Of a DNA stretch of 64,000 nucleotides, positions 27,511 to 36,597 are shown piece after piece. The notes beneath the pieces are model-generated. The model saw only the letters and a program-made list of their open reading frames with translations. It had not been told where the DNA came from and did no database searches. The translations under genes and the position numbers were made by a program. Position 1 is the stretch's first letter. Every line of letters starts with the position of its first letter. Source of the DNA: Atopobiaceae bacterium (GTDB lineage: Bacteria > Actinomycetota > Coriobacteriia > Coriobacteriales > Atopobiaceae); contig JALCUE010000002.1 of the NCBI GenBank assembly GCA_022655215.1, positions 424,386 to 488,385 of the forward strand. The letters are read 5' to 3'.

Positions 27511-27657
27511 CATACCAACAGGCGGCTGGGATGCCATGTCCCCGACCTTCCTGTCATGAGGCATCCCATCCCTATCGATCGATCATGACCGTCCATGCCT
27601 GATCACGCAGGTGATGGCGGTCTCTTCGTGGCTCTCCTGCGGAACGGGATTATGTGC

Positions 27658-27666
27658 TGATACAAT
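27658..27666 (+). promoter_or_regulatory. Extended -10 element (TGaTACAAT) upstream of the surface-protein gene
   Basis: TGATACAAT lies about 60 nt upstream of the candidate start codons at 27705 and 27726. No good -35 element is present. Confidence 0.3.
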
Positions 27667-27704
27667 CGACTGCACAACGGAATGACATCTGAGATATATC
27701 TCGG

Positions 27705-30092
27705 GTGATGACAGATGGAGTCAGGATGCGCCTCTCGTCCGCAACGCGTCGTGCCGCTCTCGCCCCGATGCTCTTCGCCTGTGTCTTGGGCATCGTCTTG
27801 GCCATGCCATCCCATGCGCTTGCCGAGGATGTCGTCGCCACGACGAATGACACGCAGACCACCGCGCAAGGGGGAGGCTTCGCCGCCATCACCCTGACGG
27901 CGAGGACGTCGGGTGATCCCATCGAGGGCGTCACCTTCGAATTCACCTACGTCGACTCCGTCTCAGACGCCATAACCGGTCTGGGTGAGGTGACCACCGA
28001 CTCAACGGGTCTTGCCGGTCTTACCGTCACCAGGGAAGGCCGTTATTTCGCCAAGTACGTGAGAGGCCTGGACACCACCAAGTACTCGGATGCAGAGTTG
28101 AAGTCCCTGAAATACGAGATGACCATAACCTCCTCGGATGACTCCGGCGTCCAACTCGTGCAGGACTGGCAGCTCCAACAGGCCAACATACGCTATCGCG
28201 ACATCATCACGTCAGGTGACTCCGTGCTCGCCTGCGGCGGCATCGACGGCGATGCCGTCATCTACATCCCCGGCGACGAGACCTATGACGGCAAGGAGAT
28301 CGCGCTCGACCCGGCCGATGGCAAGGGCGTCATCGTCAAGGTCGACACCTCGACCGGAAAGATCCTCTGGGTCTCGCAGTTCGACAACGACCGCTCCTAC
28401 TCGATGGTCGATATGGGCGACGGCACCACGGCGCTCGTCGACTACAAGGCCGCCTCGGGAGCGCTCGGCCCCAAGGTCCATCTGTTCGACGCCGACGGCA
28501 ACGAGACGGGAAGCTTCGTGGTGCCTGCGCCGTGGCGAGAGTTCGACATCAACAAGACCTCCGACGGTTGCATCGTGGTCGTGGCAGATGACAACAGGGT
28601 CTACAAGTACGATCTCGCCGGCAACAAGCAGTACATCTCCGGGTCACTCGAAACCAGCGGCGCGAGTCCGGCCAAGTCCATCGTCCAGACCGGTGACGGG
28701 GACTTCCTCGTGGCCGGTGGTGGGGAGACGGCCAACTCCTACGTGGGCAAGTACGGCGTCGCGGACGATGGCGCGGTGACCAAGAGGTGGGTCTTCAACA
28801 TGAGCGCCGCCAACGCGCGTTTCAATGACGCCATCGAGACGACGGAGGACGGCAGCCTGTTCTACATCGCGGTCGGCGACATAACGACGGCCGAGGGCAC
28901 GAACTCATACACCATTCCCGGATCCCAGACGTCCAGCGGTGATGCCATCACGATAGACACCAATGCCAACGGCGCCAAGACCGCCGTCATCGTCAAGCTG
29001 AACGCGAAGGGCAAGGTCGTGTTCGCCCAGTCGTTCTTCGGTTCCGACGCGACCTCCCACACCGAGCAGGAGTTCGACAGCGTCGCCACGGCCACCGACG
29101 GGGCGGGCGGTTACGTCGTCGCCGGCAAGGCGGCCGGGACCGTGACGATCAAGGCCGAGAACTCCATCCTCGGCGAGACCGAGACCGTCCACGCCTCCGA
29201 TATCAGCGCCGCCGATTCGGCCATCGTGCGGTGGAGTTCCGACGGCAAGTACATCGACAGCTATCTGTACGGCACCGATACGGCCGATGACGAGTACTAT
29301 GCCGTCGCCTCGGCCGATGGCAAGGTATGGGCCACGGGCAACGACTCGTTTGCCGGTATCGTCCAACTCTCCAGCACCCTCACGGCCATTCCCCGTTCCA
29401 TTACCGTCGCCGAGGCGAACAGCTTCAAGGTCACCTGCTCGGTGGACGCCGACACCGGTGGGACCATCAGCGGCCAGGGTTGGGTCTACTACGAGGAGTG
29501 CCTCGACGGTGCGCATACCACCAAGGCCATCACGGCCACGCCCGACGCCGGCCACTATCTGTGGAAGATCGAGGTGAACGGCAAGGTCGTCGCCATGCCC
29601 TTCTCCACCGACGCCTATACCCTCTCCCCGCTGCTCATGGACGAGGACAAGGACGTCGTGGCCTTCTTCGTCGAAGGTGACGTCCCGAGCTTCGTCGCCA
29701 GCTTCGAGAGCAACGGTGGCAGCGCCGTCGACCCCCAGACCATCACAGCCGGCGACACCATCACCGAGCCTGCCACGCCCACGCGTGACGGCTATGCCTT
29801 CGCGGGCTGGTATGCGGACAAGCGGCTCACCCGGGCTTGGGACTTCAGCACCGCCGTCACCGCGGACGTGACCCTCTACGCCAGCTGGACGGCCGACCCC
29901 ACGACACCCGATGAACCCACGACGCCTGACGTCCCCACGACCCCGTCCGAGCCCTCCGACGTCATCCCCACCGATGGCGGCACCATCACGCCCCAGACAT
30001 CCGACCCGACCTCATCCGCGGCGGCGGTCCTCGTCGCCCTGGCTGGCTCCGCGATCGCGATCGGCATGATCGGCCGTCGTCGCGAGGCCTAG
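27705..30092 (+). CDS. Secreted cell-surface protein: signal peptide, prealbumin/Cna-B-like domain, beta-propeller-like repeats, Listeria-Bacteroides (Flg_new) repeat, Pro/Thr linker, C-terminal membrane anchor
   Basis: The signal peptide is RRAALAPMLFACVLGIVLAMPSHALA. Repeated ..DG.. blades include SDGCIVVVADDNRVYKYD, TGDGDFLVAGG and TEDGSLFYIAVGD. The Flg_new repeat is FESNGGSAVDPQTITAGDTITEPATPTRDGYAFAGWYAD. The tail is TPQTSD..AAAVLVALAGSAIAIGMIGRRREA. The start may instead be ATG 27726, which follows a GGAG. Confidence 0.8.
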   Translation: MMTDGVRMRLSSATRRAALAPMLFACVLGIVLAMPSHALAEDVVATTNDTQTTAQGGGFAAITLTARTSGDPIEGVTFEFTYVDSVSDAITGLGEVTTDSTGLAGLTVTREGRYFAKYVRGLDTTKYSDAELKSLKYEMTITSSDDSGVQLVQDWQLQQANIRYRDIITSGDSVLACGGIDGDAVIYIPGDETYDGKEIALDPADGKGVIVKVDTSTGKILWVSQFDNDRSYSMVDMGDGTTALVDYKAASGALGPKVHLFDADGNETGSFVVPAPWREFDINKTSDGCIVVVADDNRVYKYDLAGNKQYISGSLETSGASPAKSIVQTGDGDFLVAGGGETANSYVGKYGVADDGAVTKRWVFNMSAANARFNDAIETTEDGSLFYIAVGDITTAEGTNSYTIPGSQTSSGDAITIDTNANGAKTAVIVKLNAKGKVVFAQSFFGSDATSHTEQEFDSVATATDGAGGYVVAGKAAGTVTIKAENSILGETETVHASDISAADSAIVRWSSDGKYIDSYLYGTDTADDEYYAVASADGKVWATGNDSFAGIVQLSSTLTAIPRSITVAEANSFKVTCSVDADTGGTISGQGWVYYEECLDGAHTTKAITATPDAGHYLWKIEVNGKVVAMPFSTDAYTLSPLLMDEDKDVVAFFVEGDVPSFVASFESNGGSAVDPQTITAGDTITEPATPTRDGYAFAGWYADKRLTRAWDFSTAVTADVTLYASWTADPTTPDEPTTPDVPTTPSEPSDVIPTDGGTITPQTSDPTSSAAAVLVALAGSAIAIGMIGRRREA

Positions 30093-30128
30093 GGCATCGG
30101 CGCGCGGAAGACTACAATCGTATGGCTG

Positions 30129-30160
30129 TGATGCGCGGTCCTCGGGCCGCGCATCCCTTT
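30129..30160 (+). terminator. Intrinsic terminator after the surface-protein gene
   Basis: GATGCGCGG pairs with CCGCGCATC and is followed by CCTTTGG. Confidence 0.55.
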
Positions 30161-30187
30161 GGCGAGGCGTGACTGGAGAGGTGCGAC

Positions 30188-31087
30188 GTGCCGAACAACG
30201 ACAAGCCCATAGGCGTCTTCGACTCGGGTCTTGGCGGCCTCACGGTGGCCCGTGCCATCTCGCATGCCCTGCCGCATGAGTCGATCACCTACGTGGGGGA
30301 CACCAAGCGCTGCCCCTATGGCCCGCGTGACCAGGCCGAGGTCCGCCTCTTCGTCCGACAGGTCGGCGCGTGGCTCGAACGACGCGATGTGAAGTTCGTG
30401 GTCGTGGCCTGCAACACCGCGACCGCAGCCGGCCTCGACGTGCTGCAGCGCGCCCTCGACGTGCCCGTCATCGGCGTCATCGAGCCCGGCGCCCGCGCCG
30501 CCGTCCAGGCCACGCGCACCAGGAGGGTGGGTGTGCTCGCCACGCAGGGATCGGTGGACTCCGGGGCCTATCCGAGTGCCATCCACATGCTCGACGCCGG
30601 CGTCGGCGTGACCCAGCAGGCGGCGCCCGTCTTCGTGGACATCGTCGAGCGCAAGCTCACCAGCGGCGAGTGCCTTCACAAGGAGTGGATGCGCGATCGT
30701 GGCGTCTTCGACGCCCCCGACGTCCGCCTCGCGGTGGAGCAGGGCGTGGCCCCGCTCATGAACCGCGGCATCGACACCGTTGTCCTGGGCTGCACGCATT
30801 TCCCGCTGCTTTCCAGGCAGATCAGGGCGGCGTTGGGCGACGGCGTCCGCATCGTCTCCTCCGCCGAGGAGACCTGCCGCGAGCTCGCCGAGACCCTCGA
30901 GCGCCGTGGTGACCTCGCCTCGGCCGACAACGAGCCGACCTATCGCTTCGCATCCACGTCCGACGACATCACCTCGTTCGCGGTGGCGGGCAGCTTCATC
31001 TTCGGACACGACCTCGATTCCATCGAGCACATCGACGTCGAGGACCTCGAGGCCCTCGCAGACGAACGAGACATGGAAGGGAACTAG
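30188..31087 (+). CDS. murI: Glutamate racemase
   Basis: [22 protein letters not shown] and GCTHFPLL carry the two catalytic Cys. The start is GTG, preceded by GGAGAGG. Confidence 0.93.
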   Translation: MPNNDKPIGVFDSGLGGLTVARAISHALPHESITYVGDTKRCPYGPRDQAEVRLFVRQVGAWLERRDVKFVVVACNTATAAGLDVLQRALDVPVIGVIEPGARAAVQATRTRRVGVLATQGSVDSGAYPSAIHMLDAGVGVTQQAAPVFVDIVERKLTSGECLHKEWMRDRGVFDAPDVRLAVEQGVAPLMNRGIDTVVLGCTHFPLLSRQIRAALGDGVRIVSSAEETCRELAETLERRGDLASADNEPTYRFASTSDDITSFAVAGSFIFGHDLDSIEHIDVEDLEALADERDMEGN

Positions 31088-31089
31088 AC

Positions 31090-31830
31090 ATGGCAGACGA
31101 CAGTTGCGCCCGCGAGCGCTCCGGAGGACGTGCCGAGGACGAGATGCGGCCGGTCACGCTCACGCGTGGCGTCATGAAGAACGCGCTCGGGAGCTGCCTG
31201 GCCGAGTTCGGCGACACCCGGGTGCTCTGCTCGGCCACCATCGAGGAGACGCTGCCGGCATGGCGCAAGGCAAGCCGCCAGGGCTGGGTCACCGCCGAGT
31301 ACGCGATGCTCCCCGCCAGCACCAACACCCGCACGAAGCGTGAGTACAAGGGTCGCAAGGGACGCTCCATGGAGATCGAGCGTCTCATCGGCCGCAGCCT
31401 GCGCACCGTGGTGAACCTCTCCGCGCTGGGAGAGATCACCGTCACCGTCGACTGCGACGTCATCCAGGCCGACGGCGGCACGCGGACGGCATCCGTCACG
31501 GGCGCCTGGGTCGCGCTCCACGACGCCCTCTCCGCGTGGGTCGATGCCGGACGCATCGCGCGTCTGCCGCTCACTGGGCAGGTCGCCGCCATCTCCATGG
31601 GCATGGTCGAGGGCAGGCTCCTGCTCGACCTCGACTACCCCGAGGACTCCCACGCCGAGATCGACATGAACCTCGTGGGCACGAACGACGGCCGCATCGT
31701 AGAGGTCCAGGGGACCGGCGAGCGGACGCCGTTCGACCGTGCTCACCTCGACTCCCTCCTCGACATGGGGCAGTCCGCCATCGCCCGTCTCGTCCAGCTC
31801 CAGGACGAGGTCACCGGATTCACCGCCTAG
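31090..31830 (+). CDS. rph: Ribonuclease PH
   Basis: [33 protein letters not shown] and [11 protein letters not shown]. The murI-rph-rdgB order is conserved in Gram-positives. Confidence 0.93.
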   Translation: MADDSCARERSGGRAEDEMRPVTLTRGVMKNALGSCLAEFGDTRVLCSATIEETLPAWRKASRQGWVTAEYAMLPASTNTRTKREYKGRKGRSMEIERLIGRSLRTVVNLSALGEITVTVDCDVIQADGGTRTASVTGAWVALHDALSAWVDAGRIARLPLTGQVAAISMGMVEGRLLLDLDYPEDSHAEIDMNLVGTNDGRIVEVQGTGERTPFDRAHLDSLLDMGQSAIARLVQLQDEVTGFTA

Positions 31831-31839
31831 GAGGTCCAC

Positions 31840-32478
31840 GTGTCTTCCCATGCCATCATCGACCCGTCCGACCTCGACCCCGCGAGCACGCTGGTCGTGG
31901 CCACGGGGAACCCGCACAAGGTCACCGAGATCGAGGCCATCCTCGAGCCCGTCATGCCGCACGTGCGCTTCGTGGCCCTGGGCGAGCTCGGCGACTTCGA
32001 GGACCCCGTGGAGGACGGCGACACGTTCACGGCCAATGCGCTCATCAAGGCGCGGACGGCGCTCGCGGAGTGCGGCCTGTCCATGGCCGTGGCGGACGAC
32101 TCCGGCCTCGTGGTCGACGCGCTCGACGGGGCCCCGGGCATCTTCTCGGCCCGCTGGGCGGGCTCCCATGGTGATGACGCCGCCAACAACGAGAAGCTCC
32201 TTCGCGAGCTCGAGGGCGTGCCGGCCGAGCGTCGCGGCGCCCACTACCATGCCTCCGTGGTCCTGGTGCGCGCCGGCCTGCCTGACCTGGTGGGGGAGGG
32301 AGACTTCCATGGCCGCATCGCGCTCGCGCCGCGCGGGGACGGCGGCTTCGGCTACGACCCGCTGTTCCTCCCCGACGCCACTCCCGGCCGCACGCTCGCC
32401 GAGGTCACCCCGGAGGAGAAGAACTCCATGTCGCACCGCTTCCTCGCCCTGCACGACCTCGCCGGCAAGCTCGCCTGA
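31840..32478 (+). CDS. rdgB: Non-canonical purine NTP pyrophosphatase (RdgB/HAM1 family)
   Basis: LVVATGNPHKVTEIEAIL, FGYDPLF and MSHRFLAL. The start is GTG, preceded by TAGGAGG. Confidence 0.9.
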   Translation: MSSHAIIDPSDLDPASTLVVATGNPHKVTEIEAILEPVMPHVRFVALGELGDFEDPVEDGDTFTANALIKARTALAECGLSMAVADDSGLVVDALDGAPGIFSARWAGSHGDDAANNEKLLRELEGVPAERRGAHYHASVVLVRAGLPDLVGEGDFHGRIALAPRGDGGFGYDPLFLPDATPGRTLAEVTPEEKNSMSHRFLALHDLAGKLA

Positions 32479-32713
32479 GACCTCCCCTGCCTCCGCCTCG
32501 GTGGGTCTCGTTCGTGAACCACTCGTGGGATGCCTTGCGTCTTGTCGCAGATGATGCAGAATGGTGCTGGCTCGGTGTGGACCGGGTCGCAGGCGGACGG
32601 GCAGGGGCCCCGACGCCCCCGTGCTTTCCTTGCATAGCGCGACCTCGCCCTGGTGGTCACGCCCAAACCGACCTCGGTTTGGACCGGGGTCACGTGAGCG
32701 AAGGAGCGCGCAC

Positions 32714-33445
32714 ATGAAGATCATCCATGCCAAGGACTACGCGGACATGAGCCGCAAGGCGGCCAACATCATCTCGGCCAGGGTCATCCTGCAGCCGGAC
32801 TGCATCCTGGGCCTCGCCACCGGCACCAGCCCCATCGGGGCATACCAGCAGCTCATCAAGTGGTATGAGAAGGGCGACGTCGACTTCGCCCAGGTGAGGA
32901 CCTACAACCTGGACGAGTACCGCGGTCTCAGCCATGAGGATCCTCAGAGCTACCACTACTTCATGCACGAGAACCTCTTCGACCACATCAACATCGACCC
33001 GGCCAACGTCCACGTGCCCGACGGCTCGAACCCCGATGCCGCCGAGGCCTGCGCCACCTACGACAAGCTCGTGGCGGAGGCCGGCTTCTGCGACCTCCAG
33101 CTGCTGGGCATCGGGCGCAACGGTCACATCGGCTTCAACGAGCCCGATGACGCGTTCTCCAAGGGCACGCACTGCGTCGACCTCACCGAGTCCACGATCG
33201 AGGCCAACAGCCGCCTGTTCGACAACGCCGACGACGTCCCGCGCCAGGCCTACACCATGGGCGTGCAGACCATCATGCATGCGCGGTCGATCCTCATGAT
33301 CGCGTCCGGTGCCGACAAGGCCCAGGCCGTGCACGACATGTGCTTCGGCCCGGTCACCCCGAGGGTCCCGGCCTCCATCCTGCAGCTGCACACCAACTGC
33401 GTGGTGGTCGCCGACGAGGCCGCCCTCGCCGACTGCCCGGAGTAG
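32714..33445 (+). CDS. nagB: Glucosamine-6-phosphate deaminase
   Basis: MKIIHAKDY.., LGLATGTSP, NLDEY, and LLGIGRNGHIGFNEP. ATG 32714 is preceded by AAGGAG. Confidence 0.93.
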   Translation: MKIIHAKDYADMSRKAANIISARVILQPDCILGLATGTSPIGAYQQLIKWYEKGDVDFAQVRTYNLDEYRGLSHEDPQSYHYFMHENLFDHINIDPANVHVPDGSNPDAAEACATYDKLVAEAGFCDLQLLGIGRNGHIGFNEPDDAFSKGTHCVDLTESTIEANSRLFDNADDVPRQAYTMGVQTIMHARSILMIASGADKAQAVHDMCFGPVTPRVPASILQLHTNCVVVADEAALADCPE

Positions 33446-33470
33446 CTCGGCTCCTTGGGCGCCGGTTCCC

Positions 33471-34553
33471 TTACGCGCCCAGCACCGTGAGGTCCTTCGG
33501 ATAGCTGTTCATGACCTCGCAACCGTCCTCACGCACGATGAGCAGGTCCTCGATGCGCACGCCCATCTCGCCGGGAAGGTAGATGCCCGGTTCGATGGAG
33601 AAGCACATGCCAGCCCGGACCGGCTCGTCGTGCGTCGACGAGACGTCCCCGGGCTCGTGGTCCTGCAGACCGATCTGGTGACCCAGGCGGTGCGTGAAGT
33701 ACTCGCCGTAGCCCGCGTCCTCGATGATGTGCCGTGCCGTGAGGTCGATCTCGGCGAACGTGACCCCGGGCGAGACGATCGCCTCGGCGGCCTCGTTGGC
33801 GCGGCGCACGCACTCGTACACCTCGCGCTCGTGGTCGCTGGGCTCGCCTCCCCAGAAGAACGTGCGCGTCATGTCCGAGCAGTACGAGTCGCGCAGGCAG
33901 CCCACGTCGAAGAGCACGAGGTCGCGCTCGCGGAGCTTGGTGCCGTCGGGCTCGTGGTGCGGGTCGGCGGGGTTCGCGCCGAAGCTCACGATGGGCGTGA
34001 ACGAGTTGTCCTGGGCGCCCAGGCGGCGGTACTCCCCCACGAGGCCCTCGGCTATCTCGATCTCGGTCACGCCGACGTGCAGCTGGTCGACGAGCCATCC
34101 CATGGCCTCGTCGTTCGTCGCGCTCGCGGCCCTCATGAGGTCGAGCTCGTGGGCGTCCTTGATCGAGCGGGCGTCGTCCACGGCCTTGCTCGCCAGTTGG
34201 AAGCCCTTGGCGGCCTGCATGTCGCGCAGGGGCAGCAGCCAGCGTGCCGCGAGGTCCTTGTCCACGCCGAGAGGCGCGTCGTGGTCCATGACGTCGGCGA
34301 CGAGCCGCATGGGGTCGTCGGTGTCCGCGAAGGTCACGACGTGGTCGCAGCAGGGGGTCGCGTCAGGGAAGAGGACGTTCGCGAACAGCGTCGGCTCGGC
34401 GTTGCGTGACAGGTACAGGCCCAGGAACCTCTCGTAGGGGAACGTGTAGTACCCGGTCAGATAGCGGATCGAGGTGGGGTCGCAGACGAGCATCTGGCCC
34501 AGTCCCATCCCGTCGAGGTTCTCGAGCACCCGTGCGATGCGTGCGTCCTCCAT
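33471..34553 (-). CDS. M24 family Xaa-Pro peptidase (PepP/PepQ-like)
   Basis: Pita-bread-fold metal-ligand segments are DVGCLRDSYCSDMTRTF, HRLGHQIGL, SIEPGIY and VRIEDL. The start is moved to ATG 34553 (MEDARIARVLENL). Confidence 0.88.
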   Translation of the reverse strand: MEDARIARVLENLDGMGLGQMLVCDPTSIRYLTGYYTFPYERFLGLYLSRNAEPTLFANVLFPDATPCCDHVVTFADTDDPMRLVADVMDHDAPLGVDKDLAARWLLPLRDMQAAKGFQLASKAVDDARSIKDAHELDLMRAASATNDEAMGWLVDQLHVGVTEIEIAEGLVGEYRRLGAQDNSFTPIVSFGANPADPHHEPDGTKLRERDLVLFDVGCLRDSYCSDMTRTFFWGGEPSDHEREVYECVRRANEAAEAIVSPGVTFAEIDLTARHIIEDAGYGEYFTHRLGHQIGLQDHEPGDVSSTHDEPVRAGMCFSIEPGIYLPGEMGVRIEDLLIVREDGCEVMNSYPKDLTVLGA

Positions 34554-34799
34554 GCGTGGCCCTTCCCATCCGGCCGAGCGCCCCTCGAGACGTCGGCATC
34601 CCTTGTCCTCGCGCAGTGTAGCACCGCAGCATTGCCTCTTCGCTACCAGGTCCTCCCATCTCGCATGCCGGAGGATGACTCGTGGGCATGTCATGAGGTC
34701 CACGCGGCGACCTTGAGGGGCTGGTCCAAGCGGAGTAGGATAAACAATCGGTCAATTCGAGCGGCCCAGACATAGGGGCTGCCAGTTAAGGAACGTGGC

Positions 34800-35093
34800 A
34801 TGGAGAACGAGACAGCAACGGTCAACAGGGTCGATCAGATTCACGACGAGCTCGTCGGGCTTCAGGGCCACCGCATCAAGGTGCGGGCGAACATGGGCCG
34901 CTCGCGCATCGTCGAGCGCACCGGCACCCTCGCCCAGGCCCATCCCTCCCTCTTCGTGGTCGAGGTGGACGAGAGGCGCGGCCGCAAGACCCGCCAGTCC
35001 TACCAGTACGTCGATGTCCTCACCGGCACGGTCGAGCTGTTCGACAGCGAGACCGACGAGAAGATCTTCGACTTCGGCACGCCCGAGGAGTAG
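34800..35093 (+). CDS. veg: Veg family protein (DUF1021)
   Basis: It aligns by eye with B. subtilis Veg through G.RI.V.AN.GRSR..ER.G.L....PS.FVV and SY.Y.D.LTGTVEL. It sits directly upstream of ispE, as in Bacillus. Confidence 0.8.
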   Translation: MENETATVNRVDQIHDELVGLQGHRIKVRANMGRSRIVERTGTLAQAHPSLFVVEVDERRGRKTRQSYQYVDVLTGTVELFDSETDEKIFDFGTPEE

Positions 35094-35198
35094 CGCGGAC
35101 GCATCCGGTCGCCTCGCTTGCGAGACGTCCCATCCCCTCTCGTCCGTTCTCGCCCCATCTCCCTTGAAACCAACGGCCCGTCCTCGCGGAGGATGCGC

Positions 35199-36089
35199 AT
35201 GACCAACACAACCGTCACCCTGCTCGCCCCGGCCAAGGTGAACCTCTACCTCGGCGTCCGAGATGAGCTGGACGAGAGGCGCTATCACCGCGTCGACTCC
35301 GTCATGAGCACGGTCGGCCTGTATGACGAGGTCTCCGTCACCCCCTCCGGCTCGCTCTCGGTCACGTGCGTGCCCGAGGCGGGATGTGCGGAGGACGAGA
35401 ACAGCTGCTGGAAGGCGGCCGTCGCGATGGGGGAGGCCTTCGGGCGCGAGCCCTCGGTCTCCATATCCGTTACGCGAGGCATCCCCGCCAAGAGCGGCTT
35501 GGGCGGCGCCTCGACCGATGCCGCCGCGGCCATCCTCGCGATCTGCCGCCTGTGGGACGTCGACGTATCCGACGCCCGCCTGCCCGAGGTCGCCCGCTCC
35601 GTCGGGGCCGACGTCCCCTTCTTCCTGTATGCTCCGCTCGCCCTGCTCGAGGGCGCAGGCGACGTCCTCTCCGAGAGGCTCCCGTCCCTTGCCGGCCTTC
35701 CCATCGTGCTGGTCAGGCCCGAGGGGGGCGGGATCTCCGCGGCGGAGGCCTATGGCGAGTTCGACCGCATGCCCTCCCGGCCCGAGGACCGCGAGCCCCT
35801 GCTCGCAGCCCTTCGCGCCCATGACGTGGCCGCCGTGCCGTCCCTGCTCTCCAACAACCTCGACCCCGTCGCGCGCAGGCTCGAGCCCGTCCTGGACGAG
35901 GTCCGCTCCTGGCTCATGAGGAGGAACGGCGTGCGGGCGGTGCTCGTCACAGGTTCCGGGAGCTGTACCTACGCGGTCTGTGACGGGTCCGGTCCTGCGG
36001 AGGCCGTGGCCGATGCGGCTCGTGAGCAGGGATGGTGGGCGTGTGCCACCACGCTTCTGGACAAGGGCCCGGAGGTCGTCGACCTCTGA
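35199..36089 (+). CDS. ispE: 4-diphosphocytidyl-2-C-methyl-D-erythritol kinase
   Basis: APAKVNLYLGV and the GHMP kinase motif IPAKSGLGGASTDAAAA. ATG 35199 is taken because it lies 6-7 nt after GCGGAGG. Confidence 0.9.
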   Translation: MTNTTVTLLAPAKVNLYLGVRDELDERRYHRVDSVMSTVGLYDEVSVTPSGSLSVTCVPEAGCAEDENSCWKAAVAMGEAFGREPSVSISVTRGIPAKSGLGGASTDAAAAILAICRLWDVDVSDARLPEVARSVGADVPFFLYAPLALLEGAGDVLSERLPSLAGLPIVLVRPEGGGISAAEAYGEFDRMPSRPEDREPLLAALRAHDVAAVPSLLSNNLDPVARRLEPVLDEVRSWLMRRNGVRAVLVTGSGSCTYAVCDGSGPAEAVADAAREQGWWACATTLLDKGPEVVDL

Positions 36090-36163
36090 GGGAACGGGCG
36101 CCGGCGGCCGTGTCCGCGGCGTGACACCTGGCCCGATAACTGATAGGATTGCTCCGCACACAT

Positions 36164-36240
36164 CGGGATGTAGCGCAGTTTGGTAGCGCGCTCGGTTCGG
36201 GACCGAGAGGTCGCTGGTTCAAATCCAGTCATCCCGACCA
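36164..36240 (+). tRNA. tRNA-Pro (anticodon CGG), CCA encoded
   Basis: Acceptor CGGGATG/CATCCCG, anticodon arm CTCGG-TTCGGGA-CCGAG, T-arm CTGGTTCAAATCCAG, then discriminator A and CCA. Confidence 0.9.
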
Positions 36241-36250
36241 TGGGAATGCA

Positions 36251-36282
36251 GGTCAGAGGCTTATGCCTCTGACCTTTTTTCT
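36251..36282 (+). terminator. Canonical intrinsic terminator after tRNA-Pro
   Basis: GGTCAGAGGC ttat GCCTCTGACC is followed by TTTTTTCTTTT. Confidence 0.85.
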
Positions 36283-36283
36283 T

Positions 36284-36316
36284 TTGGGTACTGCTTGGGT
36301 ACTGCATGGGTACTGC
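36284..36316. repeat. Three tandem copies of an 11-bp unit (T/A)TGGGTACTGC
   Basis: ttgggtactgc ttgggtactgc atgggtactgc. The repeat begins immediately after the tRNA-Pro terminator. Confidence 0.9.
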
Positions 36317-36597
36317 GGATATTGAGGATGTCGGCTGATGCTCCTCGCCCGAACCATCGAATTGGTCCCAGATCGACTCCTCCCGAACGAATTCTCCAAA
36401 GCTCGATCTGTGGGAATGACCGAATCGAACCCAGGTCTTTGGTCACATGGTTGTAGGGGTATCCCACCTTTTCGGGCAGAAGCAAACGCCGTTCGTGCCT
36501 GTCCGAAGCGTTCAGCCACCTTTGGGTGGGATGCTCGTGTCATGAGGACGACTCGGTGCCGTGGCGCGCCGGCACATACAGACATGGGGGATGTCAC

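Noticed and set aside
30112-30117. A TACAAT hexamer as the murI promoter.
   Set aside because: It lies upstream of the terminator hairpin of the preceding gene (30129-30154), so transcripts starting there would meet the terminator. No matching -35 element is present.
36459-36535. A cyclic-di-GMP (GEMM-type) riboswitch in the leader of the CWB2 surface-protein gene, prompted by a GCAAACG segment.
   Set aside because: The sequence does not reproduce the paired GGCAAACC / CGCAAAGC elements or the tetraloop-receptor layout of GEMM-I. Only the generic alternative-pairing observation is kept as a finding.
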